From a virus (taxonomy: Duplodnaviria > Heunggongvirae > Uroviricota > Caudoviricetes), in IMG/VR virus record IMGVR_UViG_2609459800_000001: DNA of 64,000 nucleotides. One strand, 5' to 3'. Numbering within the stretch: position 1 is the stretch's first letter; every line of letters starts with the position of its first letter. Both the position numbers and the translations under genes were made by a program. This document shows positions 32,735-42,092 of this stretch, piece by piece. The notes under the pieces are model-generated. The model searched no databases. It saw only the letters and a program-made list of their open reading frames with translations, and was not told the DNA's origin.

Positions 32735-33136
32735 TCAGGCTGACAACTGTCGGAGGATATCCGCTGTATTATAATGAGCCCGTTTTTCTATATATTTCCC
32801 GTCCTTCAGAGTGATCATAAATATCAGAGAAAAGCGCACTTTCCTGCCGCTGGCAGGATGCCCAAGGAATTCACGGGTCTGCACGCCTTCAAAGATAAGA
32901 TAGCAGGCGACTTTATCGTCTCTGGCAAAGATTTCGTGGATACGCATTGTAAATCCCGGAAAAGCATCCATATGGCCTTTTTCCTGTACGATAAACTGCT
33001 CACTGTTCAGCGGTGTATCCACCTGAGAATAGAATTTAAAATCCGGATGGCAGAGGTTTTTCACCTCATCATATTTATTTTCTTCAATCAGACGATAAAA
33101 CTTTTTAACCGTTTTGATATTTTCTTCAACAGACAT
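32735..33136 (-). CDS. NTF2-like / SnoaL-type ester-cyclase-like protein
   Basis: 133-aa ORF; pattern resembles SnoaL-like polyketide cyclase family. Confidence 0.55.
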   Translation of the reverse strand: MSVEENIKTVKKFYRLIEENKYDEVKNLCHPDFKFYSQVDTPLNSEQFIVQEKGHMDAFPGFTMRIHEIFARDDKVACYLIFEGVQTREFLGHPASGRKVRFSLIFMITLKDGKYIEKRAHYNTADILRQLSA

Positions 33137-33144
33137 ATTGCACC

Positions 33145-34134
33145 TCATTTTTCAGTTTCTTTACCTGCCGGAATATTGCCTGCCGGCGTTCCGTTAAATG
33201 TTTTTCGCCATTCACTGGGACTGACTCCCATCCGCTGCCGGAATATCTGCCGGAAAGTAATGGTGGACTGAAAGCCTGCCAGTTCGGCAACCCGCTCCAC
33301 TGCAATATCTGTACTTTCCAGCAGTTCCTGACTCCGCCGGAGACGCTCTGTGGTGATCCACTCCCAGACCGTCATTCCTGTGGCCGAATGAAAATGGCGT
33401 GTAAGCGTTCTTCGGCTCATGGAGGCTAAATGGGCCAGAGTGTCAATATCATGTGGTAATCCCAGATTTGCGGACAGGTATTCCAGCAGCTGGTTTATGC
33501 GGTTATCGGACGTACTTTTGGGAATAAGCAGTTGCCGGTACTGTGCCTGTCCGCCTTCCCGGTAAGGAGGAGCAACCATCCGGCGGGCTATTTGATTAGC
33601 CGTATATCTGCCCAGGCGTTGCCGGATCACATGGAGACAACAGTCCAGTGCTGCGGCTGTACCGGCTGAGGTGATAATCCGCTCGTCCTCAACATAAAGC
33701 ACGTTCACGTCCAGATGAACCGCCGGGAAAAGCATCTGGAAATCCCGTTCAGCCTCCCAGTGCGTGGCCGCCCGTTTACCATCCAGCAGACCGGTGTAAG
33801 CCAGAACAAAACTCCCCAGGCACAGGCCCACCACCTGAGCTCCATTTTTCCAGGCTGCAACCAGGGCACTGAGCAGAGTTTCAGAAGGCCTTTCATGGAT
33901 GTGTTTCCAGAAAGGAATAATAACGATATCGGCCTCTGCCAGTGCATCAAGCCCGTATTCTGCCCTCATCGCCGTACCTTCAGCAGACCAGATAAGCCCG
34001 GGCTCTTCCGCACATACCCGGCGGCTGAAGAGAGCCTTCCCTTCCAGTATCTCCCCGAACAGGATTAGTGGAACGGAGACATGAAATGTACTGAACCCTT
34101 CGGTGATCACTATAGCGACAGTGATGGTGGACAT
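33145..34134 (-). CDS. GlxA-family transcriptional regulator (DJ-1/PfpI domain + AraC-type HTH)
   Basis: N-terminal DJ-1-like domain with Cys nucleophile motif (VVGLCLGSF); C-terminal AraC HTH. Confidence 0.8.
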   Translation of the reverse strand: MSTITVAIVITEGFSTFHVSVPLILFGEILEGKALFSRRVCAEEPGLIWSAEGTAMRAEYGLDALAEADIVIIPFWKHIHERPSETLLSALVAAWKNGAQVVGLCLGSFVLAYTGLLDGKRAATHWEAERDFQMLFPAVHLDVNVLYVEDERIITSAGTAAALDCCLHVIRQRLGRYTANQIARRMVAPPYREGGQAQYRQLLIPKSTSDNRINQLLEYLSANLGLPHDIDTLAHLASMSRRTLTRHFHSATGMTVWEWITTERLRRSQELLESTDIAVERVAELAGFQSTITFRQIFRQRMGVSPSEWRKTFNGTPAGNIPAGKETEK

Positions 34135-34149
34135 GCCATGGCCTCCGGG

Positions 34150-34926
34150 TTAAATCGTAACTGATTCACCATCAGCAGGAACGGCAACTGACGCCTGGAT
34201 CTGGTTATCGCGGGCATATTCCAGCAGTTCCTGACGGGTCAGCAGACAGTGGTTTACGGCCTCCATGTGCGTTGCCACAATCAGTGCCTCTGGTACGATA
34301 CGATGGGCTTTCAGGACATCTTCCCTGCCGAAAATAATGGGGCCGAATCCGAGAACATGCGCCCAGCCCGTATTCATAATAACGACGCCAGGATTGAACC
34401 GACGTAAATTATCCTCTACAGCCTTGATCCAGATGGTATCCCCGACCAGATAGAGCGTTTTTTCGGACGGATGCTGGAAGACCACCCCACAGGCATCCCC
34501 AAGGATTGCTGCGAGTTGCGGGTTAGCATAGGCTTCGTCCGAACCATGCTGACAAACGGTTTTAATAAGTGAAATTTCGCCAAATGTGCTTTTGTCAGAC
34601 AGAATAACAAGGTTGCTGAAGCCCTGGGAACGCAGGATCTTTTCATCATGTTCATTCTGAACATAAATCAGTTTATCTTTCGGGATGTGCGCAACAGCCG
34701 CTTCATCCCAGTGGTCAGGGTGTGTGTGGGTGACAATAATGGCATCCACATCCAGCAGTACATCAAGGTCAAAAGGCAGCTCAGTCATCGGGATGCGGAT
34801 ATCTGACCGGGCCGTTCCTTCGAATCCCGGATAGGCTTCTTTTTTCGCAAGCATCGGATCGACAAGAAATTTTTTACCAGCGTAAGAAATGAGTTGTGTG
34901 GCGTTACGTACCTGGATGATCTTCAT
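34150..34926 (-). CDS. MBL-fold metallo-hydrolase
   Basis: THTHPDHW metal-binding motif (HxHxDH). Confidence 0.8.
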   Translation of the reverse strand: MKIIQVRNATQLISYAGKKFLVDPMLAKKEAYPGFEGTARSDIRIPMTELPFDLDVLLDVDAIIVTHTHPDHWDEAAVAHIPKDKLIYVQNEHDEKILRSQGFSNLVILSDKSTFGEISLIKTVCQHGSDEAYANPQLAAILGDACGVVFQHPSEKTLYLVGDTIWIKAVEDNLRRFNPGVVIMNTGWAHVLGFGPIIFGREDVLKAHRIVPEALIVATHMEAVNHCLLTRQELLEYARDNQIQASVAVPADGESVTI

Positions 34927-35144
34927 TTTAGCAAGTCCTGTATTGGTTAATAACCATCAGAGCCATATCATGATGGCCTAATGTGATAATTATGATTAAA
35001 TCAGGCCTGCCTGCCACTGAAATAATGCCATATTTGGATGATATCAGGCCATTCTTCTGGCTCTCAGGTTTCAGGAATATGTCTGCTGAAAGCGGGTACA
35101 GATCTGACGCATTGAAGGGAAGTATCGTCCTTTAAGGCTTATTG

Positions 35145-35531
35145 ATGTCAGCCAGTACAAAAAATCATCTTAACGTACAATATCTTCCGTTTCCCAAACG
35201 GAGCCCACCAACGACGGAGGAACGGCGCGTCGCCAATGCTCTTGGCGCTCTCCCCTGCATTGCCTGCTATATGCATGGAGTAATATCTAATGAGGTGTCT
35301 CTGCACCATATCGCCGGTCGTACCGCGCCGGGTTGTCATAAAAAGCAATTGCCACTTTGTAGATGGCACCACCAGCATGCAGCTCCGGCGGAAGTAAGAG
35401 AAAAATACCCATGGCTGGTCCCTGTTCATGCCGATGGTGTGGTTGGAGGCAAGAAAGAATTCACCTTGCTGAACAAGTCAGAGATGGAGTTACTGGCTGA
35501 CGCCTATGAGATGGCAAATATCATGCACTAA
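35145..35531 (+). CDS. HNH endonuclease-like protein at the P1 ref position
   Basis: CIAC...HHI...CRWHHQ HNH/Zn motif; 128 aa from first ATG. Confidence 0.6.
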   Translation: MSASTKNHLNVQYLPFPKRSPPTTEERRVANALGALPCIACYMHGVISNEVSLHHIAGRTAPGCHKKQLPLCRWHHQHAAPAEVREKYPWLVPVHADGVVGGKKEFTLLNKSEMELLADAYEMANIMH

Positions 35532-35719
35532 TAAATATATTATTTTTAATGATAAATGATTGACAACTGACAAGTGACTTCAGTCAGAATCATCACACGC
35601 CCGGTACGGATGGATCCCTTTTCAAATATTCCATGGACGGCACAGTCTGAGTACCGGGCGCTACCTTCAGTTGTATTGCTAAGCCGCCGCTGGTGGCTTT
35701 TCTTTTTTGTAGGGGCGCT

Positions 35720-36361
35720 ATGGATAAGAAAATATGCGTTGTTTCAATGAGCGTCGGCAAACCGGCGTCAATGACTGCTGCATGGATCAACAATGAGCTG
35801 ATAATGGCTGAGCGGACCAGCTACCCTGAACGCCGCCGCGATATGGAACTCCAGCTGCTGCGCGAATTGCGAGAAAAAGAGGAAAAGGGTTTTATCGTGC
35901 TGGTGGAAGAGGAAAACAGCTTTATTACCGGTCAAGTTGGCCAGCGTGTAAGGTTGCGTGATCCCTTCATGAACGGCAGACCGGTACTGATTGAAGCAAT
36001 GCAGATTTACAAGGAATTGGAACGCCAGAAAGCGATCAAGTTACCGCGCAAGGAATCCGGCAAATACATCCTTCACCAAAGCATCTTCGATTCCGAACAC
36101 GATAAAAAAGGCGATGAATTTTTCAACATCAACTGGAGCGAAATAACGACAGAGCATGTTCTGACGTTACTATGTTGCTTTGCGACGGAATACAACAACG
36201 TTGCCAGCGCCGACTACATCAGGGCAATGGCTGGAGAAGTTGAAGCCCGCCAGGAACCATCGTTACTAAGTCCACTTATTAACATAATTCTGGGTACCCA
36301 GACACTGGAACAAAAAAAAGTGCCGAAAGGGGTATTAACAGGCAAGCATAATTATTTCTAA
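35720..36361 (+). CDS. hypothetical protein at the P1 mat position
   Basis: 213-aa ORF downstream of ref-like gene. Confidence 0.4.
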   Translation: MDKKICVVSMSVGKPASMTAAWINNELIMAERTSYPERRRDMELQLLRELREKEEKGFIVLVEEENSFITGQVGQRVRLRDPFMNGRPVLIEAMQIYKELERQKAIKLPRKESGKYILHQSIFDSEHDKKGDEFFNINWSEITTEHVLTLLCCFATEYNNVASADYIRAMAGEVEARQEPSLLSPLINIILGTQTLEQKKVPKGVLTGKHNYF

Positions 36362-36559
36362 TAATTTATAGTGGGGACTTTTGATGGTGTAAAACCCCAT
36401 GAATTATTATTTTTTAGTTTTTTGATTCTATTTTTTTTGCATTACCCGTCATAAAAATGAGCTTGCTTACATAATAGAAAATTATTTTATCAACACTATT
36501 ACAACAAACGATTATCACTGATAACATGAGTCCTTTGAAAACAAAGGACTCACCATACT

Positions 36560-37168
36560 ATGTCTAATACCTCGGCAAATGAAATTGTACCGCACTTACC
36601 GCTAATTTTCGAAAATGAAGCTAATGGGATTCTTCAGGATCTGGCCTATACTCCATCGCTTATGGGGTTGATGATGTTCCCGACAGAAGAGGAGCTGAAA
36701 GCAGCGAGAAGCTACATAATTAACGTTTTTGAAGAGTGTTACCGAGCCGGTCATTTGCGCATTATGGGCTTTACTAATGAAGAAAACTTGTTCGGATACG
36801 CCTTAATCTTCGGACATCCATCGGGAAATTTTCCGTTGTACTGTCATAAAATATATGTATATGAGCAATATCGTGGTAATGGACTTGGAAGTAATATACT
36901 GGCAGAAATACTTGCATTTCCAAATGAGGTCGCTTTGATTTGCCAGTCTGATTTGGTTCCTTTTTATGAATCAGCCGGAATGCACTTTAAAGGAAATTAC
37001 ACCACTCCATCAGTCGCCAATTTCAAAAAAACTCGCGGCATGTATGAGGGGCTTTGTTTGATGAGCACTGAAAAAAATGCAAACTCTAATGGTGTACCTA
37101 TATTCATGCTGAACGATAACGATATTGATAACATCATACAGGCTATCGCATCATCGGCACCACGATAA
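36560..37168 (+). CDS. GNAT-family N-acetyltransferase
   Basis: Acetyl-CoA motif QYRGNGLGS; AT-rich gene with AT-rich leader. Confidence 0.75.
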   Translation: MSNTSANEIVPHLPLIFENEANGILQDLAYTPSLMGLMMFPTEEELKAARSYIINVFEECYRAGHLRIMGFTNEENLFGYALIFGHPSGNFPLYCHKIYVYEQYRGNGLGSNILAEILAFPNEVALICQSDLVPFYESAGMHFKGNYTTPSVANFKKTRGMYEGLCLMSTEKNANSNGVPIFMLNDNDIDNIIQAIASSAPR

Positions 37169-37250
37169 TATTAATAATTCATCTCGCCGCAGGAACTACA
37201 AACCAGTTGATTGTTTGTGAAACGCCCGGTGCAAACCGGGCCAACAAAAC

Positions 37251-37499
37251 TCAATCAGCATTTAGTAGCAGAGCATTATCTATGATGATCTGCTCCCATT
37301 CTTCGAATGCCCGGTCGCGGACGCCCTGGGGAACGCTGTTTGTTTTGAAATCGACGACCGTCCGCCATTTTCCGTCAGGACGGTACATGCGCAGAGCTTT
37401 ACTTCCCCCTTCCCTGCGCACCTCAACGTTATGCTTGTCAGCAAACTCTTGTAATGCTCGTAGCGTCCCATGCTTTACTGTGTAGTATCGCTTTTTCAA
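37251..37499 (-). CDS. small protein at the P1 lxc (bof) position
   Basis: 82-aa ORF, size and position as recalled for Lxc/Bof. Confidence 0.5.
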   Translation of the reverse strand: MKKRYYTVKHGTLRALQEFADKHNVEVRREGGSKALRMYRPDGKWRTVVDFKTNSVPQGVRDRAFEEWEQIIIDNALLLNAD

Positions 37500-37936
37500 G
37501 TTTTATCTCCAGCCTGTGCTAAGGCTTCAACTTCCAAATCGTAAGACTCAAACTCATAGTCCTGGTCGTCAACTTCTTCAGGCACTGGCAGTAAATGCCA
37601 GGCTGAGTATATCTGACCATTATCAAAACGCTCCTGGCTGTAGAGCGTCGCGGCTATGAGTGTTAGCGCCGGGCGGTCATAACGGTAAATTTTGCGAACG
37701 TCACGGTCAACGAGACGACCGAAATTACCATAACCGCGCTCCAGTAATAATTTTTTAATTTCCGGCCAGTATGGACCATAGCTGCGGTACAGGCGGGGAT
37801 TTTTCAGTAATCGCCCGCGTAGCCCTGACAGGAAGAAATCAACGTATTCGTCTTCTGTTTTTCCTAACAACGCTGTACGGAGTACCGCCTCAAGATATGT
37901 TTTATTCGGTTTTATTGTATCAGATAGTGTGACCAT
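37496..37936 (-). CDS. hypothetical protein at the P1 ulx position
   Basis: 146-aa ORF overlapping downstream start. Confidence 0.5.
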   Translation of the reverse strand: MVTLSDTIKPNKTYLEAVLRTALLGKTEDEYVDFFLSGLRGRLLKNPRLYRSYGPYWPEIKKLLLERGYGNFGRLVDRDVRKIYRYDRPALTLIAATLYSQERFDNGQIYSAWHLLPVPEEVDDQDYEFESYDLEVEALAQAGDKT

Positions 37937-37969
37937 ATTATGCGACGCCCGGCGAACCGGGCGCTCCTG

Positions 37970-39337
37970 TTATGCGTATTGTTGGATGACGGCCAGAACG
38001 TCCGACACGTTGTGTTTTGTCTCGATAATCCACCAGTTGCCCGGGAAATCGCTGTTCTTCGCCTTCGCTGGCACCCAGCGAGCGCCGAATTTTTCCTTGA
38101 TTGCGTCTTTAGCACGGAAAAGAACGCCTTTCATGCCGGACGCCTCCTGAAGCCCAAATACCTCGCCAGCGGCGAATTTTGGTGCGTACATCATCTTCAG
38201 GTCGGCGGTGGATACGCGATAATTCAGACCAAGAGACTGAGCTATGCTGGTGGCATCACCCTGTATTGATGATAACTCTTCTTGTTTCTCGTTTCTGGCG
38301 GCAATTTCTTCCTCCGTGATGTTGCCAAGGGCCAGGTTTATCCGATCAGCGTCGGCCTGTTTCTCTTCATCGGTGCGCCCGGCAAGAACCGTGTTAATTC
38401 TCTGCAATATCTCCACATGATTCTTGCGCATGCTGAGCAATTCCGGCGTAACATCGTTAAGATCCACCAGCCCAAGGATGGCAAGGTCGGAAAACATTGA
38501 TACCAGGTTGTAGGTCATGCGATAGCTGAGTTGGCTATAGGCTGATGGCAACTGCACCGCATCCATTTGATAGGCATCCATAAATTTAGAGCCGTCGTTT
38601 ACGACATCCGCAATTGCCGGTGTGATTTTCCCTGTGGTGGCGGCCTCCCTGATTGCTGTTACCCACGATTGAGTCAGCGCGGCGACTGCATGATTCAGAT
38701 TGGCTTTCCGTTCTGCTGCAATGCGCGCGCTTGCTGCGTCCATTGCCTGCTTGATCTCGTCTTTATTGCTGTAAATGCCAATGGGACCAAACTGTGTTGT
38801 GGTGATCTCATAATCTGACGCCCGGAACTCATTGGTACCGAAAATGGCATTGGTGACCTCAAGTTCAGAATCCCCGTTACGAGTAGCCCCCTGACTTGTT
38901 TTCTCCGGCATTTTTGCGATCGCATCCGCTATTTTCTCCTGAATTGCTTCAGGGGATAGCGTATCTCCGTATGACGCGATTACATCGCTATAATTGGATC
39001 CAAACAGTTCAGTCAGGAATACTTCTGCCAAACGGACCTGGCGGTTATTCCCTTCCGACATCATACCAAGCACCCATTTAGCAATTGACGACTTCAGCGC
39101 GCCGTCACGGCGATCCGGGTAAACCGCATGCTTCAGTGGGTCCGTATAGGTACCAACAAAATCAATGCTATAGCCTGACTCTGTAGTCTGAACGCCGTAT
39201 GAGTCAGTGATTTTGATCATGCCGCGCTGCTGGAAACGGTAGAAATCGTCACAGGAAATGATGTCGTTAATCCCGGCGATGGAGACGCCACCACTGATTT
39301 TCTGCATAACAGCATCTTCATCGGGAGTTACATCCAC
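37970..39337 (-). CDS. hypothetical protein (455 aa); possible C-terminal remnant of a darB-like gene
   Basis: GTG start; lies where P1 darB 3-prime end is expected. Confidence 0.4.
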   Translation of the reverse strand: MDVTPDEDAVMQKISGGVSIAGINDIISCDDFYRFQQRGMIKITDSYGVQTTESGYSIDFVGTYTDPLKHAVYPDRRDGALKSSIAKWVLGMMSEGNNRQVRLAEVFLTELFGSNYSDVIASYGDTLSPEAIQEKIADAIAKMPEKTSQGATRNGDSELEVTNAIFGTNEFRASDYEITTTQFGPIGIYSNKDEIKQAMDAASARIAAERKANLNHAVAALTQSWVTAIREAATTGKITPAIADVVNDGSKFMDAYQMDAVQLPSAYSQLSYRMTYNLVSMFSDLAILGLVDLNDVTPELLSMRKNHVEILQRINTVLAGRTDEEKQADADRINLALGNITEEEIAARNEKQEELSSIQGDATSIAQSLGLNYRVSTADLKMMYAPKFAAGEVFGLQEASGMKGVLFRAKDAIKEKFGARWVPAKAKNSDFPGNWWIIETKHNVSDVLAVIQQYA

Positions 39338-40119
39338 CTGTTATCCAGCGTCTTCACATCCCAGTTACCCGATTTGGTGCCTTTGAAGGTAAAGATGATC
39401 TCCACGTCTGCGCGCTGGCTGTCGAAGTCCAGCGACTTAATGCGAACGATATCACCGGCACAATCGTAGTATTGGCCTACACGCCATGAGCGATCGCCGA
39501 TAACAAGGAACTCACTCGCATGGTTAACCAGGTCAGGATCAACATCCAGAATGCCTTTATTTATTGCATCCTCCACCAGTGGGCGCAGGCGTTTGATATC
39601 CGTCGCGGCCTTCTGAGTACGGTTCAATAATTTCTCATAGCGGGAGATGGCTTGAGAGATATTAGCCTTGCGCTGAATGGCGCTTTTCAACGACGCGCGA
39701 TACTGTGCTAACAACATACGGTCTGTGTGATGGACACTCCCCCAGCGGGCCTTCCAGTCTGCGTTATCAGCTGCTTTGGCCATTACCGCCTGTTTGAATT
39801 TAGCTACCTCGGCGGTGGTCTTTTCAAATTCCGCTTTGCTTCGCTCTAATTCAGCGGTAAGTACCTCCACATCCTCACCAGCTGCGTGCTGCGCCTTGAT
39901 GTAGTTCTGAAGGTCGATAGTAGCCTGTTCTTTCTGGCGAGCGCGTTGCGCGGCTTTCGCCTTATCCATTTGAACCTGCATCATTGCCAGACGTTCACCG
40001 TCATCCTTCGCGGTATACATCTGCATTTCGATCATATCATTGGCGTCGGCGTTCTCCATTTCTGACTTATCTGAACGGAGGATATCGGAGATCCTGGGCT
40101 TCGTTTGGGAAACGTACAA
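39328..40119 (-). CDS. coiled-coil protein (263 aa) whose 5-prime end abuts inverted repeat L
   Basis: TTG start inside the repeat; first ATG gives ~243 aa. Confidence 0.4.
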   Translation of the reverse strand: MYVSQTKPRISDILRSDKSEMENADANDMIEMQMYTAKDDGERLAMMQVQMDKAKAAQRARQKEQATIDLQNYIKAQHAAGEDVEVLTAELERSKAEFEKTTAEVAKFKQAVMAKAADNADWKARWGSVHHTDRMLLAQYRASLKSAIQRKANISQAISRYEKLLNRTQKAATDIKRLRPLVEDAINKGILDVDPDLVNHASEFLVIGDRSWRVGQYYDCAGDIVRIKSLDFDSQRADVEIIFTFKGTKSGNWDVKTLDNRWM

Positions 40120-40331
40120 TATTGTACGGTTGCGCTATTGCGGTAGGGTGTACTCCAACGCTATACGGTCTTTGGCAGACCTTTAGGGAAATGAGATAAG
40201 CTAAATGCGATAAGAGAAAAGCAATAACTTAAAGGCAATAGCTGATTACGATAAATCAATCAGTTACTTATCAGTATCGATTAAAAAATGCTCCTAACGT
40301 ACAATAATTTCCGTTTCCCAAACCGACCCCT
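40093..40331. repeat. 239-bp inverted repeat, left copy (MITE-like)
   Basis: Near-identical inverted copy at 43748-43986; contains palindrome CGTACAATATTGTACG (40113-40128); own ends form ~26-bp imperfect TIR. Confidence 0.85.
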
Positions 40332-40341
40332 AATAGCCGGA

Positions 40342-40539
40342 CTACGGACGCGCAATAATTCGCCCCTGACTTTCCAGCAGTTGGTAAGCATGTCCGACGG
40401 TCATGAAGCTCATGCCGCTGCTGGCGACCTGTTCGCGCAGTGACGGCAGACGATCGCCGGGTCGCCAGACGCCAGAGGCGATCTGTTCGCAAAGTTGTTC
40501 AGCCAGACGCTGGTATTTTTTATTCTGGTTTCTCGTCGG
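40342..40539 (-). pseudogene. GntR-family regulator fragment (HTH domain only)
   Basis: KKYQRLAEQL...GDRLPSLREQ...MTVGHAYQLL HTH; no start codon; ends 11 bp from repeat. Confidence 0.55.
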
Positions 40540-40691
40540 TCAATGCAGGTGAGCCTCGCAGTGTATAACAGTGAATAAAATTCACAACGATTTGCAAACT
40601 GTTATGGTTAAATATGTCTGTTCTGTTTCTGCCCCTCATTGCCTCACACGCTTAGAATTGCGCTGAATCAATTTTTAATGCGGAGTCAGGC

Positions 40692-42092
40692 ATGTTTGGT
40701 CTTGATGCGTATCACCTGGCAAGGATCCAGTTCGCCTTTACAGTTTCATTTCACATTATCTTTCCGGCGATCACCATTGGGCTTGCCAGTTATCTGGCGG
40801 TGCTGGAAGGCCTTTGGCTAAAAAGCAAAAATCCGGTCTGGCGCTCGTTGTACCACTTCTGGTCAAAAATATTCGCCGTAAATTTCGGCATGGGCGTGGT
40901 TTCCGGTCTGGTGATGGCCTATCAGTTCGGCACCAACTGGAGCGGTTTTTCGGAATTCGCAGGCAGTATTACCGGGCCGTTGCTTACCTATGAGGTGCTG
41001 ACCGCTTTCTTCCTTGAAGCCGGATTCCTCGGGGTGATGCTGTTTGGCTGGAATAAAGTCGGTCCGGGTTTGCATTTCTTCTCAACCTGCATGGTGGCGC
41101 TTGGCACCCTCATTTCCACCTTCTGGATCCTGGCGTCTAACAGTTGGATGCAAACGCCGCAGGGGTTTGAGATCGTCAACGGCCAGGTTGTGCCCGTGGA
41201 CTGGTTCGCCGTTATCTTCAATCCTTCGTTCCCTTATCGGCTGCTGCATATGTCCGTCGCCGCATTTCTCAGTAGCGCGCTGTTTGTCGGCGCTTCGGCA
41301 GCCTGGCATCTGCTGCGCGGCAACGCAACGCCAGCCATTCGCACGATGTTTTCCATGGCGTTGTGGATGACGCTTATTGTCGCGCCGGTGCAGGCGTTAA
41401 TCGGCGATATGCATGGGCTGAACACCCTGAAACATCAGCCAGCCAAAATCGCCGCGATTGAAGGTCACTGGGAAAACCCGCCGGGTGAGCCCACGCCGCT
41501 GCTGCTGTTTGGCTGGCCGGATATGGAACAGGAACGCACCCGCTATGGACTGGCGATCCCGGCGCTGGGAAGCCTGATCCTGACGCACAGTCTGGATAAA
41601 CAGGTTCCGGCGCTAAAAGAATTCGCCAAAGAGGATCGCCCTCACTCGACGATCGTGTTCTGGTCGTTTCGCATCATGGCCGGCCTGGGCATGTTAATGA
41701 TCCTGCTAGGGCTCTGTGCGCTCTGGCTGCGCTACAGGCAGCGCCTCTACACCTCGCGCCCGTTCCTGCGCTTTGCGCTATGGATGGGACCCTCGGGGCT
41801 CATCGCCATTCTCGCGGGCTGGGTGACCACTGAGGTCGGACGCCAGCCGTGGGTGGTGTACGGTTTACAGCGTACTGCCGACGCGGTGTCGGCCCACGGC
41901 GATTTACATATGAGCATTTCGTTGCTCGCTTTCTTTGTTGTCTACAGCTCAGTCTTTGGCGTCGGCTACAGCTATATGATTCGCCTGATCCGCAAAGGCC
42001 CGCTGGAAGATGATTCCGCGCCGCCGCCGGGCACACCCGCCAGGCCGCTTTCCGCCGCCGTCCTCGATTCTCAACATAAGGCACATCGCTAA
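40692..42092 (+). CDS. cytochrome bd-type quinol oxidase subunit I (CydA/AppC/CioA family, short Q-loop)
   Basis: 466 aa; alignable with E. coli CydA N-terminal region and GRQPW motif. Confidence 0.9.
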   Translation: MFGLDAYHLARIQFAFTVSFHIIFPAITIGLASYLAVLEGLWLKSKNPVWRSLYHFWSKIFAVNFGMGVVSGLVMAYQFGTNWSGFSEFAGSITGPLLTYEVLTAFFLEAGFLGVMLFGWNKVGPGLHFFSTCMVALGTLISTFWILASNSWMQTPQGFEIVNGQVVPVDWFAVIFNPSFPYRLLHMSVAAFLSSALFVGASAAWHLLRGNATPAIRTMFSMALWMTLIVAPVQALIGDMHGLNTLKHQPAKIAAIEGHWENPPGEPTPLLLFGWPDMEQERTRYGLAIPALGSLILTHSLDKQVPALKEFAKEDRPHSTIVFWSFRIMAGLGMLMILLGLCALWLRYRQRLYTSRPFLRFALWMGPSGLIAILAGWVTTEVGRQPWVVYGLQRTADAVSAHGDLHMSISLLAFFVVYSSVFGVGYSYMIRLIRKGPLEDDSAPPPGTPARPLSAAVLDSQHKAHR

